Origin: Verrucomicrobiia bacterium
GTDB lineage: Bacteria > Verrucomicrobiota > Verrucomicrobiia > Limisphaerales > UBA11358
Length of the DNA: 64,000 nt
Assembly: GCA_035776755.1 (NCBI GenBank)
Contig: DASTWS010000006.1
Span: 6,777-70,776 of the forward strand
Reading direction: 5' to 3'
In this document: one piece after another, positions 38,118 through 48,500 of the stretch
How positions within the stretch are numbered: the first letter of the stretch is position 1
How the letters are laid out: each line of letters starts with the position of its first letter
Notes under the pieces: generated by a model
Database searches by the model: none
Seen by the model: only the letters and a program-made list of their open reading frames with translations
What the model was told of the DNA's origin: nothing
Translations under genes and position numbers: made by a program

Positions 38118-39566
38118 ATGCCGACAGCAACAGAGACCATCGAGGGTTTAGTCCAAAACGAATATAAATACGGATTTTACACGGACGTGGAGACGGAATC
38201 CGCGCCGCCGGGATTGAACGAAGGCATCATCCGCCTGATTTCGCACAAAAAGAACGAACCGGCGTGGATGACGGAATGGCGGCTCAAGGCGTTTCGCCAT
38301 TGGCAGACGCTGGAAGAGCCGACGTGGCCGAAGGTTCATCACGAAAAAATTGATTATCAGGGCATCACTTATTACGTGGCGCCGAAGTCGCAAAAAGAAG
38401 GCCCGAAAAGTTTGGACGAAGTGGATCCGAAACTTTTGGAGACTTATGAGAAACTCGGCATTCCTTTGCGCGAACGCGAACGCCTCGCCGGTGTGGCTGT
38501 GGACGCGGTGTTTGATTCTGTCAGCGTGGGCACGACCTACAAAAAATCGCTCGCGGAAAAGGGAATCATTTTCTGTTCGATGAGCGAAGCAATCCAGGAA
38601 CATCCTGAACTGGTAAAAAAATACATCGGCGCCGTTGTGCCTTACACGGACAACTTTTTTGCCGCGCTGAATTCCGCCGTGTTCACCGACGGCTCGTTTT
38701 GTTACATCCCCAAAGGCGTGCGTTGTCCGATGGAGCTTTCGACGTATTTCCGCATCAATGCCGCGAAGTCCGGCCAATTCGAACGCACGCTCATCGTCGC
38801 CGAAGAAGGCGCTTACGTGAGTTACCTCGAAGGCTGCACCGCGCCGATGCGCGATGAAAATCAATTGCATGCGGCGGTTGTGGAACTCATCGCGCTCGAC
38901 AACGCGGAGATCAAATATTCGACGGTGCAGAATTGGTATCCCGGTGATGAACAAGGCCGTGGCGGCATTTACAATTTCGTGACCAAGCGGGGCTTGTGCA
39001 AAGGGAAGAATTCAAAAATTTCCTGGACGCAGGTCGAGACCGGATCGGCCATCACATGGAAATATCCGAGCTGTGTTTTGCTCGGCGACAATTCGAAAGG
39101 CGAATTTTATTCCGTCGCCGTCGTGAACAACATGCAGCAGGCTGACACCGGCACGAAGATGGTGCACATCGGCAAAAACACCAAGAGCACGATCGTGTCG
39201 AAAGGCATTTCCGCCGGCAAAGGACAGAACAGCTATCGCGGTCTCGTGAAAATCCAAAAATCTGCGTCGAACGCGCGGAATTTTTCGCAATGCGATTCGA
39301 TGCTCATCGGCAACAAATGCGGCGCGCACACGTTTCCTTACATCGAAGTGAAAAATACCAGTGCGAGCGTTGAGCACGAAGCGACGACTTCAAAAATCGG
39401 CGAGGACCAGATTTTTTATTGCAACCAGCGCGGGCTGGCGACGCAGGACGCCGTGAACATGATCGTGAACGGCTTTTGCAAGGAAGTCTTCAAGGAATTG
39501 CCGATGGAATTCGCCGTCGAAGCGCAAAAACTTCTGGGCGTGAGCCTGGAAGGCAGCGTCGGTTGA
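38118..39566 (+). CDS. sufB: Fe-S cluster assembly protein SufB
   Basis: 482 aa with SufB-typical sequence throughout ([47 protein letters not shown]). Confidence 0.92.
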   Translation: MPTATETIEGLVQNEYKYGFYTDVETESAPPGLNEGIIRLISHKKNEPAWMTEWRLKAFRHWQTLEEPTWPKVHHEKIDYQGITYYVAPKSQKEGPKSLDEVDPKLLETYEKLGIPLRERERLAGVAVDAVFDSVSVGTTYKKSLAEKGIIFCSMSEAIQEHPELVKKYIGAVVPYTDNFFAALNSAVFTDGSFCYIPKGVRCPMELSTYFRINAAKSGQFERTLIVAEEGAYVSYLEGCTAPMRDENQLHAAVVELIALDNAEIKYSTVQNWYPGDEQGRGGIYNFVTKRGLCKGKNSKISWTQVETGSAITWKYPSCVLLGDNSKGEFYSVAVVNNMQQADTGTKMVHIGKNTKSTIVSKGISAGKGQNSYRGLVKIQKSASNARNFSQCDSMLIGNKCGAHTFPYIEVKNTSASVEHEATTSKIGEDQIFYCNQRGLATQDAVNMIVNGFCKEVFKELPMEFAVEAQKLLGVSLEGSVG

Positions 39567-39580
39567 ACGGCGATATGGAA

Positions 39581-42322
39581 TTAAAATTGCGACCGCGACT
39601 TTTCCAGACGGGGATCTGGAAATTGAAACGTGTAGTCGCCGGATCCAGTTTCAAAAACCGTGAGATCGTCAGTTTGCTGCAATATTTTCAGGCCGCGATA
39701 ATGCATTTTTGCGGTCAAAGCGAAACCGGATGGAATGGCGATTGTTGCCGTGGCATTTGCCGGGATTGAGACGTTCAATCGAATTGCCCGCCCTTCGCAT
39801 TTCCAGTCGCTGACAATCTTGCCGCGAATCGAATCGTAACTGGCGCGGACCCATTTCAGATCGCCGACGGGATGTGGCGCGATGACAATTTTTTTGAAAC
39901 CGGCGCTGCCCGGCGCATTTTGAATTCCCGCGAGGTCGTGATAAAACCATTCCTGAATTTGGCCGAGCATGAAATGGTCTTGCGATGCTCCACCGTTCCA
40001 CGCTTCAGTCAGGCTGGTTTTTCCTTTGGCCAACTGCATTCCGTAACCGGGACGATTTGTCTGATTGTTCATTTCAAAAATGACGTCATTTCGTCCGCCA
40101 TCCGCCAGCGCGCGCAGAAGGTAACGATAGCCGACATCGCCGGCAGTTAATCCCTTTTTTTGAACATCGCGGACGATGGAATCCACCACCGCGGCGCGAT
40201 TGGATTCTTTGCAAATTCCAAAAACGAGCGGAATGGAATTGGCCGTTTGCGAACCGGTTGAATAGAAATGATTTGTTTGATTGTAAAACGTTTCGTTGAA
40301 CGCTTTGCGGATTTTTAGCGCCAGTTCGTGATAATTTTTCGCGTCGTCTTCTTTTCCCAGCAACTCAGCGGCGTGTGACATAATTTTGGCATCCTCATAG
40401 TAAAATGCCGTGGCCGTTAGTGCGACGGGCGTGAGTTGCGCGATTCCCGGCGCGCGCGGACCAAGGTCATACCAATCGCCCAAACCGAAATCCACAATGC
40501 AGTTTGTCGCGCGGCTGCCAATGTAATCCACGTAGCGTTTCATCGCATCGTAGTGCTCGCGGAACAGATTCAGGTCGCCGTCGAATTCATATTGCTGCCA
40601 GGGCGCGAGGATGAACGTGCTGCTCCATTCGAGCGAATCGCCGTAATTGTTACGCGGATGTTCCGGATCGTTTTTGTCGCCAAAGACCGTGTATTCCGGC
40701 GCGGTGGTCGGCACGAGGCCGTTCGGCAATTGCGAATCGGAAATGTCGTTGACGATTTTGGTGAACAATTGCGCGAGGTCAAAATCGTAACGCAACGCCG
40801 GGCCGTTCAGATGGTCCTGTTCGAGCCAGCCGAGACGCTCGCGGTGCGGACAATCGGTCAAAATGCTGACCATGTTATTTTGCTGCGCCCAATGAATGAG
40901 CGAAAAGGTCCGGTTGAACAAATCGTTTGAACATTCAAATTCGCCGACCGGTTCGGACGCGGAATGAATCACGATGCCGCCCAGCGATTTAATTTTTGGC
41001 CGTGCGCCGTTTGTTTCCGCCGAGGTGAAATGAACCTGAATGTAACGGCAACCGACATAGAAAAATTTTGGCGACCACGATTCAATGCGATCCGTGGCTT
41101 TGATGTAATCGCACCAGATATAACCGCGATGACCGCCGCCCATTGAACTTTGGTTGATGGATCCGTCGGCGTTGGTCAATTCGGATGGGAACAATCTTAC
41201 GCTGCTGCCAGCGGGACCGCTGATGGAAATTTTTGGAACATGCGATGCGTTTTGGCCGAGGTCGAAGACCACGTCGCCGTTCGTCAGATTCCAGCTTGCA
41301 ACCGGCTTGTGGATCTCAAATTCGCAAACCGGCGGCGCGGCGCAGGAAAGTCCGCATAATTCTCCGCCGGGGCCATTGACGATTTGCGCCGGCTGCCAAT
41401 GGGAATCGTCAAAGCCGGTTTTGTTCCAATGGTTCTGCACTAGCCGCGCATCAAAATCTTCCCCGCCATAAATGGAATCGAACGTGATCGGCCCTTTGGA
41501 CGCCCGCCAATTTTCATCGGTGCCGATAAATTCAACCGAGCCATCGGCATATTCGAGCCGGATTTGCGCGATCGCTTCTTGCGGGCCGAATGATTTTCGG
41601 AATTTTGCGAAGCGGCTTGGATCGCGTGGTATATTATACATGCCGTTGCCGAGTTCGATGCCGATGGCATTTTTTCCACGCTGCAAATTTTTGGTGATGT
41701 CAAAGGTGTCGTAAAGGCAGGTCTTGTCATATTTCGTCCAGCCCGGAGTGAGAAAGTCATCGCCGATTTTTTTTTCGTTCAAAGTCAATTCATACTCGCC
41801 TAAACCGCAAATGTTCACGACGGCGCGCTTAAGGTTTGGTTTTACGACAAATTGCTGGCGCAGAAGCGTTGACGGACAATTGGTTTCCGAAGCGGAAATC
41901 CATTTGGCATGCCAATCCGGATTTTGCAAAACGCCCATTGTCCAGGTCGCCGGTTTGCTTTCGGAAATTTTTCCGTCTGCGTCCCAAATGCGCACTTTCC
42001 AAAAGACCTGCTGGAAAGAATTCAATTTTTTGCCGCCGTAATAAATTTGAATCGTCTCATCCGAAGCAACTTGGCCGCTGTCCCACAAATCACCGTCGTT
42101 TTTTGCCAGCAATCCCGGCGAGGACGAAACCAAAATTTCGTAAGCGATTTGCTTTTGATCGCGTTGTTTGCTTTGCAATTTCCAGAACAAGCGCGGATTT
42201 TTTGAATCGACGCCGAGCGGATTGGCGGCGTAATCGCAACGCAGATCGGTTGGCGTCAACGCGGCATTGGCCAGGGGTGAAAGCGCCGCAGTAAGAAGCA
42301 GCAGGGCTGTGAATTTTTTCAT
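39581..42322 (-). CDS. alpha-L-rhamnosidase (GH78)
   Basis: Signal peptide followed by LRCDYAANPLGVDSKNPRLFW, the GH78 N-terminal hallmark. 913 aa, with an (alpha/alpha)6 catalytic region (TDCPHRERLGWLEQ). Confidence 0.8.
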   Translation of the reverse strand: MKKFTALLLLTAALSPLANAALTPTDLRCDYAANPLGVDSKNPRLFWKLQSKQRDQKQIAYEILVSSSPGLLAKNDGDLWDSGQVASDETIQIYYGGKKLNSFQQVFWKVRIWDADGKISESKPATWTMGVLQNPDWHAKWISASETNCPSTLLRQQFVVKPNLKRAVVNICGLGEYELTLNEKKIGDDFLTPGWTKYDKTCLYDTFDITKNLQRGKNAIGIELGNGMYNIPRDPSRFAKFRKSFGPQEAIAQIRLEYADGSVEFIGTDENWRASKGPITFDSIYGGEDFDARLVQNHWNKTGFDDSHWQPAQIVNGPGGELCGLSCAAPPVCEFEIHKPVASWNLTNGDVVFDLGQNASHVPKISISGPAGSSVRLFPSELTNADGSINQSSMGGGHRGYIWCDYIKATDRIESWSPKFFYVGCRYIQVHFTSAETNGARPKIKSLGGIVIHSASEPVGEFECSNDLFNRTFSLIHWAQQNNMVSILTDCPHRERLGWLEQDHLNGPALRYDFDLAQLFTKIVNDISDSQLPNGLVPTTAPEYTVFGDKNDPEHPRNNYGDSLEWSSTFILAPWQQYEFDGDLNLFREHYDAMKRYVDYIGSRATNCIVDFGLGDWYDLGPRAPGIAQLTPVALTATAFYYEDAKIMSHAAELLGKEDDAKNYHELALKIRKAFNETFYNQTNHFYSTGSQTANSIPLVFGICKESNRAAVVDSIVRDVQKKGLTAGDVGYRYLLRALADGGRNDVIFEMNNQTNRPGYGMQLAKGKTSLTEAWNGGASQDHFMLGQIQEWFYHDLAGIQNAPGSAGFKKIVIAPHPVGDLKWVRASYDSIRGKIVSDWKCEGRAIRLNVSIPANATATIAIPSGFALTAKMHYRGLKILQQTDDLTVFETGSGDYTFQFPDPRLEKSRSQF

Positions 42323-44235
42323 TGGCTTTTAATTTCAGACAGTAAATCCGCGAAATGATTTTCGAGCCCGGCAGCATTTTTGATTTCATCGGAAACCTGC
42401 GGGCCGTTGTTTGTCCAGACGTTTCCGGGACCGTTCGCGTTTCGTAGAAATTTTTCAGCAGGAGACCAGTTGTCGCGCCAGGTTTCAAACGATGAGCCTT
42501 CGTCGGCGTAAAGATAAAACCAATGTTGTGGGTCGGGAACATACGGACTTGGCGAAATGTCGGAGATGGAATTTGCGGCGACAACGGTGCCGGGTTGCGA
42601 GGACAACAGGTAAATGCCGCCGAGATCGCCGAGCATTTGCCCGATGTGATGGATGTGATTGGCGAAAATGAAATTATCGCGCAGAGCGTTTGTCATTTTT
42701 GTCCAGCCCCAGCCGACGCTGACGCCGGAATAGGGCAGATCGAAGATTTCATTGTGTCCGATTTTTATATCATGGGCATAACCGACGCAAATGCCAACGC
42801 AGCCCCAATCTTCCGTGCCGCAATCATTGATCAAATTGTTGAAAATTTTTTCATTCGAGCAAATTTCGTTTTTGTTCGTCGGATTGTAAGGAAAATGAAC
42901 TTCGACATTGGTGTCGGAAAATTTTCCCAATTGAATTCCGTTGCCGCCGATGTCGCGGAAAATGCAGCCTTCAACCAAATCGTCACGCGTGCCGGTTTCA
43001 AAATCGAGGCCGGCGGATGCCGTGTGCTCAAACGTGCAATTTTCGAATGAAATGTGATTTGCGTTTTTGGCGATGACTGCGGCTGGCGGACGGCCAACCC
43101 ATGCGACGTTGTCCAATTTTGGGTGATAAATGGTGCCGCGTGGCGACAGTTTTTTTGCCGCGAGCATGAACATGCCGGCCTGCAACGGGACATGACCTGA
43201 TTGTGATGGCCGAAGCCATGTTGTGTCGGCAAAGGTAATTCCCCGGAATTTCACGTTGGAAATGGGCTTGTCCGGCGTTCCGGAAATTTTCACCAGTGTT
43301 TCCAGGGCGGGAGCAATCACCCGAGAATTGGCCGGATTTTCACCGTTGCGCGGCCAGTAATAGATTTTCCCGGCATGAATATCTTCAAACCATTCTCCCG
43401 GCGAATCAAGAAGTTGAATTGCGTTGGCCAGGAAAAATGGAGCGGCATATTTTGAATTTACCGTCACGGGCGGCCAGGGATGTTCAAATTCGATTTTGCT
43501 TTCAGGTTGTTTGAAGCTAATAAATGCATTGGTTCCTTTGATTTCGATTTTCGAGACACGCAGGTTGGCGATTTCCCAGACCTGATCAATGACCATTTCC
43601 GATTCCCGCGGTTTCCGGATTCCTGCCAAGGTCGTCGTCGGAATTAGAGCCGTTTGATTGGTTTTATTCCAACCAGCGAGGCGATCCATATTTCCGGCGT
43701 TCGGTTCACGCGCGCGGATCGCTTTATTGCCGTTGATCCAAAGCTGCCGGAATTCCAGAGTTTTTCCATTTACTTTCGGCGCGTCGGTCATCCACACATT
43801 GTTCCGGGCAATTTCCGGTAGTCCGGGAATGTTTTTGCTGCATTTTCGCCAACCGCGGATTTCCAAGCCGCCGGTGAAAACGGGACGTTCGCCTGGAGCG
43901 GCTTGAATAATCACCGGATTCGTCCCGGCGCCAAAACTGTTCGCGCCAAAAGTGAGCGGTGCTTTGAGAAAATAATTGCCTCCCCGCAAAATAATATAGA
44001 CAGGTTCTGAACCGCGAATCTTCTTTCCGAGAACATCGTTGGAAATTTTTGTTTCGAGCTCAGAAAAAGAGCCGAAGGGATGACTGCGCGAACCATCCGC
44101 CGTATGGGTCATATTGGTCGAAACCCAAAATTCAGCACCATCGGCGGAAAAGCCAAAGGTTGCGGAGCAAAAAGCGCAAATTATCAACAAATTCGGTCGA
44201 ACAAGCGCTTGAAAAAGGCTGGGGCGAACTTTCAT
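42319..44235 (-). CDS. secreted right-handed parallel beta-helix protein (unassigned CAZyme candidate)
   Basis: Signal peptide. Repeated NxxFxxC / IGGNGI-type beta-helix turns. The stop overlaps the GH78 start (ATGA). Confidence 0.6.
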   Translation of the reverse strand: MKVRPSLFQALVRPNLLIICAFCSATFGFSADGAEFWVSTNMTHTADGSRSHPFGSFSELETKISNDVLGKKIRGSEPVYIILRGGNYFLKAPLTFGANSFGAGTNPVIIQAAPGERPVFTGGLEIRGWRKCSKNIPGLPEIARNNVWMTDAPKVNGKTLEFRQLWINGNKAIRAREPNAGNMDRLAGWNKTNQTALIPTTTLAGIRKPRESEMVIDQVWEIANLRVSKIEIKGTNAFISFKQPESKIEFEHPWPPVTVNSKYAAPFFLANAIQLLDSPGEWFEDIHAGKIYYWPRNGENPANSRVIAPALETLVKISGTPDKPISNVKFRGITFADTTWLRPSQSGHVPLQAGMFMLAAKKLSPRGTIYHPKLDNVAWVGRPPAAVIAKNANHISFENCTFEHTASAGLDFETGTRDDLVEGCIFRDIGGNGIQLGKFSDTNVEVHFPYNPTNKNEICSNEKIFNNLINDCGTEDWGCVGICVGYAHDIKIGHNEIFDLPYSGVSVGWGWTKMTNALRDNFIFANHIHHIGQMLGDLGGIYLLSSQPGTVVAANSISDISPSPYVPDPQHWFYLYADEGSSFETWRDNWSPAEKFLRNANGPGNVWTNNGPQVSDEIKNAAGLENHFADLLSEIKSQ

Positions 44236-44268
44236 GGCGAATTATTGTATTATTTGCAGAGAAAACCG

Positions 44269-44309
44269 GATTGTAAATTTTACTTTCAACATTGGCACTT
44301 TTTACAATC
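44269..44309. promoter_or_regulatory. inverted repeat GATTGTAAA-N23-TTTACAATC in an AT-rich divergent control region
   Basis: Read directly. It lies in the 321-bp AT-rich gap between the divergently oriented beta-helix/GH78 operon and cassette 1. Confidence 0.3.
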
Positions 44310-44556
44310 AATTTATTTCCTATGACACCACAATTTTTTAAGCCCACGACAGAATTATACTGCTAATTGGTTGATAATACGACACTTAAAAATTTTTAGT
44401 CAACCTGGCGTAATCCTTAGTGCATCCATATAAATGATTAGTCAATGGCATTGAAAATCGAAGTTGATTAGCAATTTTGGCAAATGATTTACACTTTTTC
44501 GCATTACACAACTATTAAAGATGTGCTAGATATAACAAAGAAAATCCACATAAATC

Positions 44557-45531
44557 ATGTCAGAATTGAAAAGGCCTGCGTTTTCGTTTCGTCATCACCA
44601 AAAAGGTGTAAGCAGAATTGTTTTGTTTTCTAAATCCGTTCAAAGCGGTTTTACCCTGATAGAGCTTTTGGTTGTGATAGCGATCATAGCGATTCTGGCG
44701 GCGATGTTGTTGCCGGCGCTGGCGCGTGCAAAAGAAAGGGCGAAAGCAATTCAATGTTTAAGCAACACCAAGCAATTGACGCTTGGTTGGATTGAGGCTG
44801 AAGGGGACAATGACGATTCGTTTATTGCGCAAAATAAGATTATCGATGCCGGGACTGGAGCGGGGCAAAATTACATGGATTGGGGAACTGGTGGAAGTGA
44901 AATTGATACTGTTGGGCTTGTGGGGCCAAATGCCGGACTAGCGCCCTATTGTGGAAGCCCAAAAGTTTGGAAATGTCCATCCGATACTTATTTAAGCGCG
45001 GCGCAGAATGGTGCTGGTTACAACGAGCGTTCTCGCAGCTATGCAATCAATGGCGTGTTGGGCAATGGCAGTTCCGGTCCGAATGTTTCTTCGGACTACC
45101 AAAACAGGAAATATTTCGGACATGCGACCGCGACAGGGATTGGACTTAATCGAACGGCTCAGAAGACTTCCGATTTATCCATCAGTGGCACGGCCAACTG
45201 CATTGTGTTTTTAGATGAGCAGGCAGACAGCATCGACGATGCGCTTTTCATGTTTGATATCACAGACACCGGTGGGAGTGGCCAATACTGGCGCAACCTT
45301 CCGGCGTCCTATCACAATGGTTCGGGAGAATTTTCGTTTGCCGACGGTCATTCGGAGTTGCACAAATGGCTGGAGAAGGGAGGGCTGACTCCTCCGGAAA
45401 AGGCCAGGAAAACGATTTATCCGGTCACAACAACGCACACCTCCACCAGCAGTCCTTATTGGGGTAGTTCCTTTACATTTTCATCCAGCCAGGATTGGGC
45501 GTGGTTTGCAGACCACATGCCTTATAGATAG
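44557..45531 (+). CDS. prepilin-type N-terminal cleavage/methylation domain protein with H-X9-DG motif (pseudopilin-like), copy 1
   Basis: QSG|[29 protein letters not shown] is the class III signal. [14 protein letters not shown] fits H-X9-DG. Confidence 0.85.
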   Translation: MSELKRPAFSFRHHQKGVSRIVLFSKSVQSGFTLIELLVVIAIIAILAAMLLPALARAKERAKAIQCLSNTKQLTLGWIEAEGDNDDSFIAQNKIIDAGTGAGQNYMDWGTGGSEIDTVGLVGPNAGLAPYCGSPKVWKCPSDTYLSAAQNGAGYNERSRSYAINGVLGNGSSGPNVSSDYQNRKYFGHATATGIGLNRTAQKTSDLSISGTANCIVFLDEQADSIDDALFMFDITDTGGSGQYWRNLPASYHNGSGEFSFADGHSELHKWLEKGGLTPPEKARKTIYPVTTTHTSTSSPYWGSSFTFSSSQDWAWFADHMPYR

Positions 45532-45584
45532 ATCTCAATTAGAAATAGAATTTCACTAATCACATCGCAATCCAAACCCATACT

Positions 45585-48500
45585 ATGAACAAAAAACAAA
45601 CCACTGCATTGGCAGTTCGCGTTTTTCAACGCGGCGGCATTCAGAAAAAAATTGAAGCTACATTTGGTGTCAAGGTATTGGCGCTGTTTGTGGTCATTGT
45701 TGTCAGCCTCTTTTGCCCCGCGGGCAACGCTGTCGCGCAAACGTTAAGATTTAAATCAGGGCAGGATGTTGTCACCGTGCCAGCCGGGTTCAATGGCAGC
45801 GCGGTTGTGACGAACCAGGTGACGATTTCCGGCCTGGGGGGAAATTATATGACTTTAAGTTTATCAGGATTGCCGACCGGTATTACGGGCGCGATAACTG
45901 ATTTAGCCGGTAATCCAGTAGCGTCTACGAACACCAGCACCGGTTTGAAGATAAATTTGACCGGCGCGGGAGTTGCCGACGGAGCTTATACCTTTAGCAT
46001 CAATGCCAGCGGTTTGGACACAAATAGTTCGCCCGTTGCCAACAGTTTAAATTACACGCTTGAAGCTGGATATATCTGGAATGGTTCAACCAACGTGGCA
46101 TTGGATGGTCCGGGAAGCTGGACTGATTCCGCAAAATGGCTTGGCGGCGGCGTTCCGGATGCAAGCAGCGATGTTGTCATCGCTGACTCCGGCAGCCAGA
46201 CCAATTTTCTGGTAGGTGGCGCTCTAAAGCCAAACATCGTTGTCAATAGTGATGCGACAGTTGGTTCCATCCGCTTTTCCGCAACCAATTCCGGTCCGGT
46301 TGGAAACGGCGTTTGGCAAACTCTTGGAATCGGCGGCGGCAAAACGCTTTCGGTGGTGGGCGCCAACGGCTTCAGTGTTTTGAGAGATTATATTGCGGAT
46401 TCAGGATATGGAAATATGCTGAACGCCGTTAACGTGGTTATTGCCGGAACCAACGGCGCCATGCTGGTGGTCAGCAATGAAACAGCCAATTTCTCGGTTT
46501 TGACCGACACCAGTGGAAACAATCGCCTAAGCGTCCTCGATATGTCGCCTCTGGATAATTTAGTGTTGGATGTGAGCCGGATGGCGTTGGGCGACTATAC
46601 GGCATATCCGAACTATATGAATTTCAGCATTGCCAACTCCTATAATGGAGTCCCACGCCGTTTTCTTCCAAACGTTAACCTTGCCAAAACTAATATTATC
46701 AAGGCAGTTTTTGCAGATCCTTATAATTATACCAATGGCATTAACCGACAGTTTTCCGTGAGCTTTTTAAATTCTGAACAAAGTGGCTCTTCGACGCAGC
46801 CCAATTTGTTGCTCGGCATTGACAATGAATTTTATGTGGACAGCGTGAACTTTGTTGGCGCCAATCAACAAGGCAACGTGAGATTTAACGCCGGACTCCG
46901 GGTCGCTACGAACATCGTCGTGGGAGTTTCGACCAATTACTTCACCAATTCAATGAGCGCCTATTTCCGCGGCACCAATGGCGGGACGATGTCCTTGTTC
47001 AGTATTTCAGACTGCTCCGGCACAAACGGCGCCGGCAGCAATGCAAAAGCGACTGTTGATTTCAGTTTGGGTTCGTTGAATATCATGGCCGACCGATTTT
47101 ACATTGGCCGCGACAGACCGAAAATCAACGGCGGACAAAATCCGAATTATCAAGGCTTCTTCATAATGGGTAATGGATCGGTCGAGGTCAATAATGCCAT
47201 CCTTGGATTCCAGGAATACAGCGATCAAACCAATCAGGCTACATTTAATGGTTATTGCGAAGGCTCTGTGACGATTCTAAGTAATGGACTCTTTCAGGTC
47301 AATGATGACTTGATTTTAGGATATTGCACCCAAACCAACACATTGGGGTTGGGCAGCGCAGGTAACACCACCTACGGAAAGCTTTTTGTTTACAATGGCG
47401 GAACTCTGACGGCAAATAAAATTGAAGTCGGTATCCCGGCCTATACTTCGGCAAATAACTTGATCGTCGTCAGTAACAATTCCACGCTGGTTGTTTCCAA
47501 CACGATCGCCAGCACAAACAAGATGTTGGATTCATTGAGCTTCTATAATTCAACTCTTTCGTTGAGCGTGGACGGCACAGCAACCACGCCCTATGTTTTT
47601 GCAACGAATTTAGTTACGGTCGGAAACAACACGATCAATATTATGTCGGTTGCAAATCCCGGCTCCGTGGCCGTTCCCTTGATCCGTTACGTGACGCCTG
47701 GCGCAACATTCTCGACCTTGAATATGCCTGGCGGATTGGTCGGCGTGTTGATTGATGACGGCGTCGGAACCTTTTACTTGAACATCCTGACCAATGCGCC
47801 CAAGACTTTGACCTGGCGTGGTTACTCCGATGCAAATTGGGATTTAACCACGAAAAACTGGCTGGATTCCGCCACCGGTTTGCATACCAACTTCGCCAAC
47901 GGCGATAATGTGACGTTCGACGACGCGGCAAGCATTCCGACGACGGTTAACGCGGCGGTTTCTACACTCATTGTCGGCTCAATGACGATTACCAACACGG
48001 CGAACGCCTATGTATTTAATGGTTCGGGCAATATCGTCGGCAGCGCGGTCAAGAAAGGTTCCAACTCCCTTGAAATTGATGATCCCTCATCATTGAACAT
48101 CGAAATTGATAACGGCTCTTTGACCGGCAGCGGAACACTCGGCCAGGTTACTGTCCTTTCCGGCGCGCAAATGAATTATACCGGAAACCTAAAAGGCGGC
48201 ATCCTTTGTGGCGGTATTGGCACGGTATCGGGCAATGTTGTTGGTTCGCTCACGCTTCAAGCCGGAGGCGTGTTCACCAATAAAGGAACCATTAACAATT
48301 CGTTTACGACCGCCAACGGTTCGTTGTTGGTTAATGAATTGAATGCGGAATTCAGAACTTTCGCTTCTTCCACAATCGTATCCAATTCCATCGTCATCAA
48401 TCGTGGTTACATCGGCGGCACGAGCCAAAGCACAGCCGGCCAAAGTATCACCGTCAACAATGGCGGCATGTTTGAAGACACCGGTGAAGGATGGCTTACG

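Noticed and set aside
39567-39580. Calling 39.6-64 kb a horizontally acquired genomic island or mobile element
   Set aside because: No integrase, transposase, tRNA, flanking direct repeat or phage gene is visible at the left boundary, and the right boundary is outside the window. Only functional coherence and a by-eye compositional impression support accessory status.
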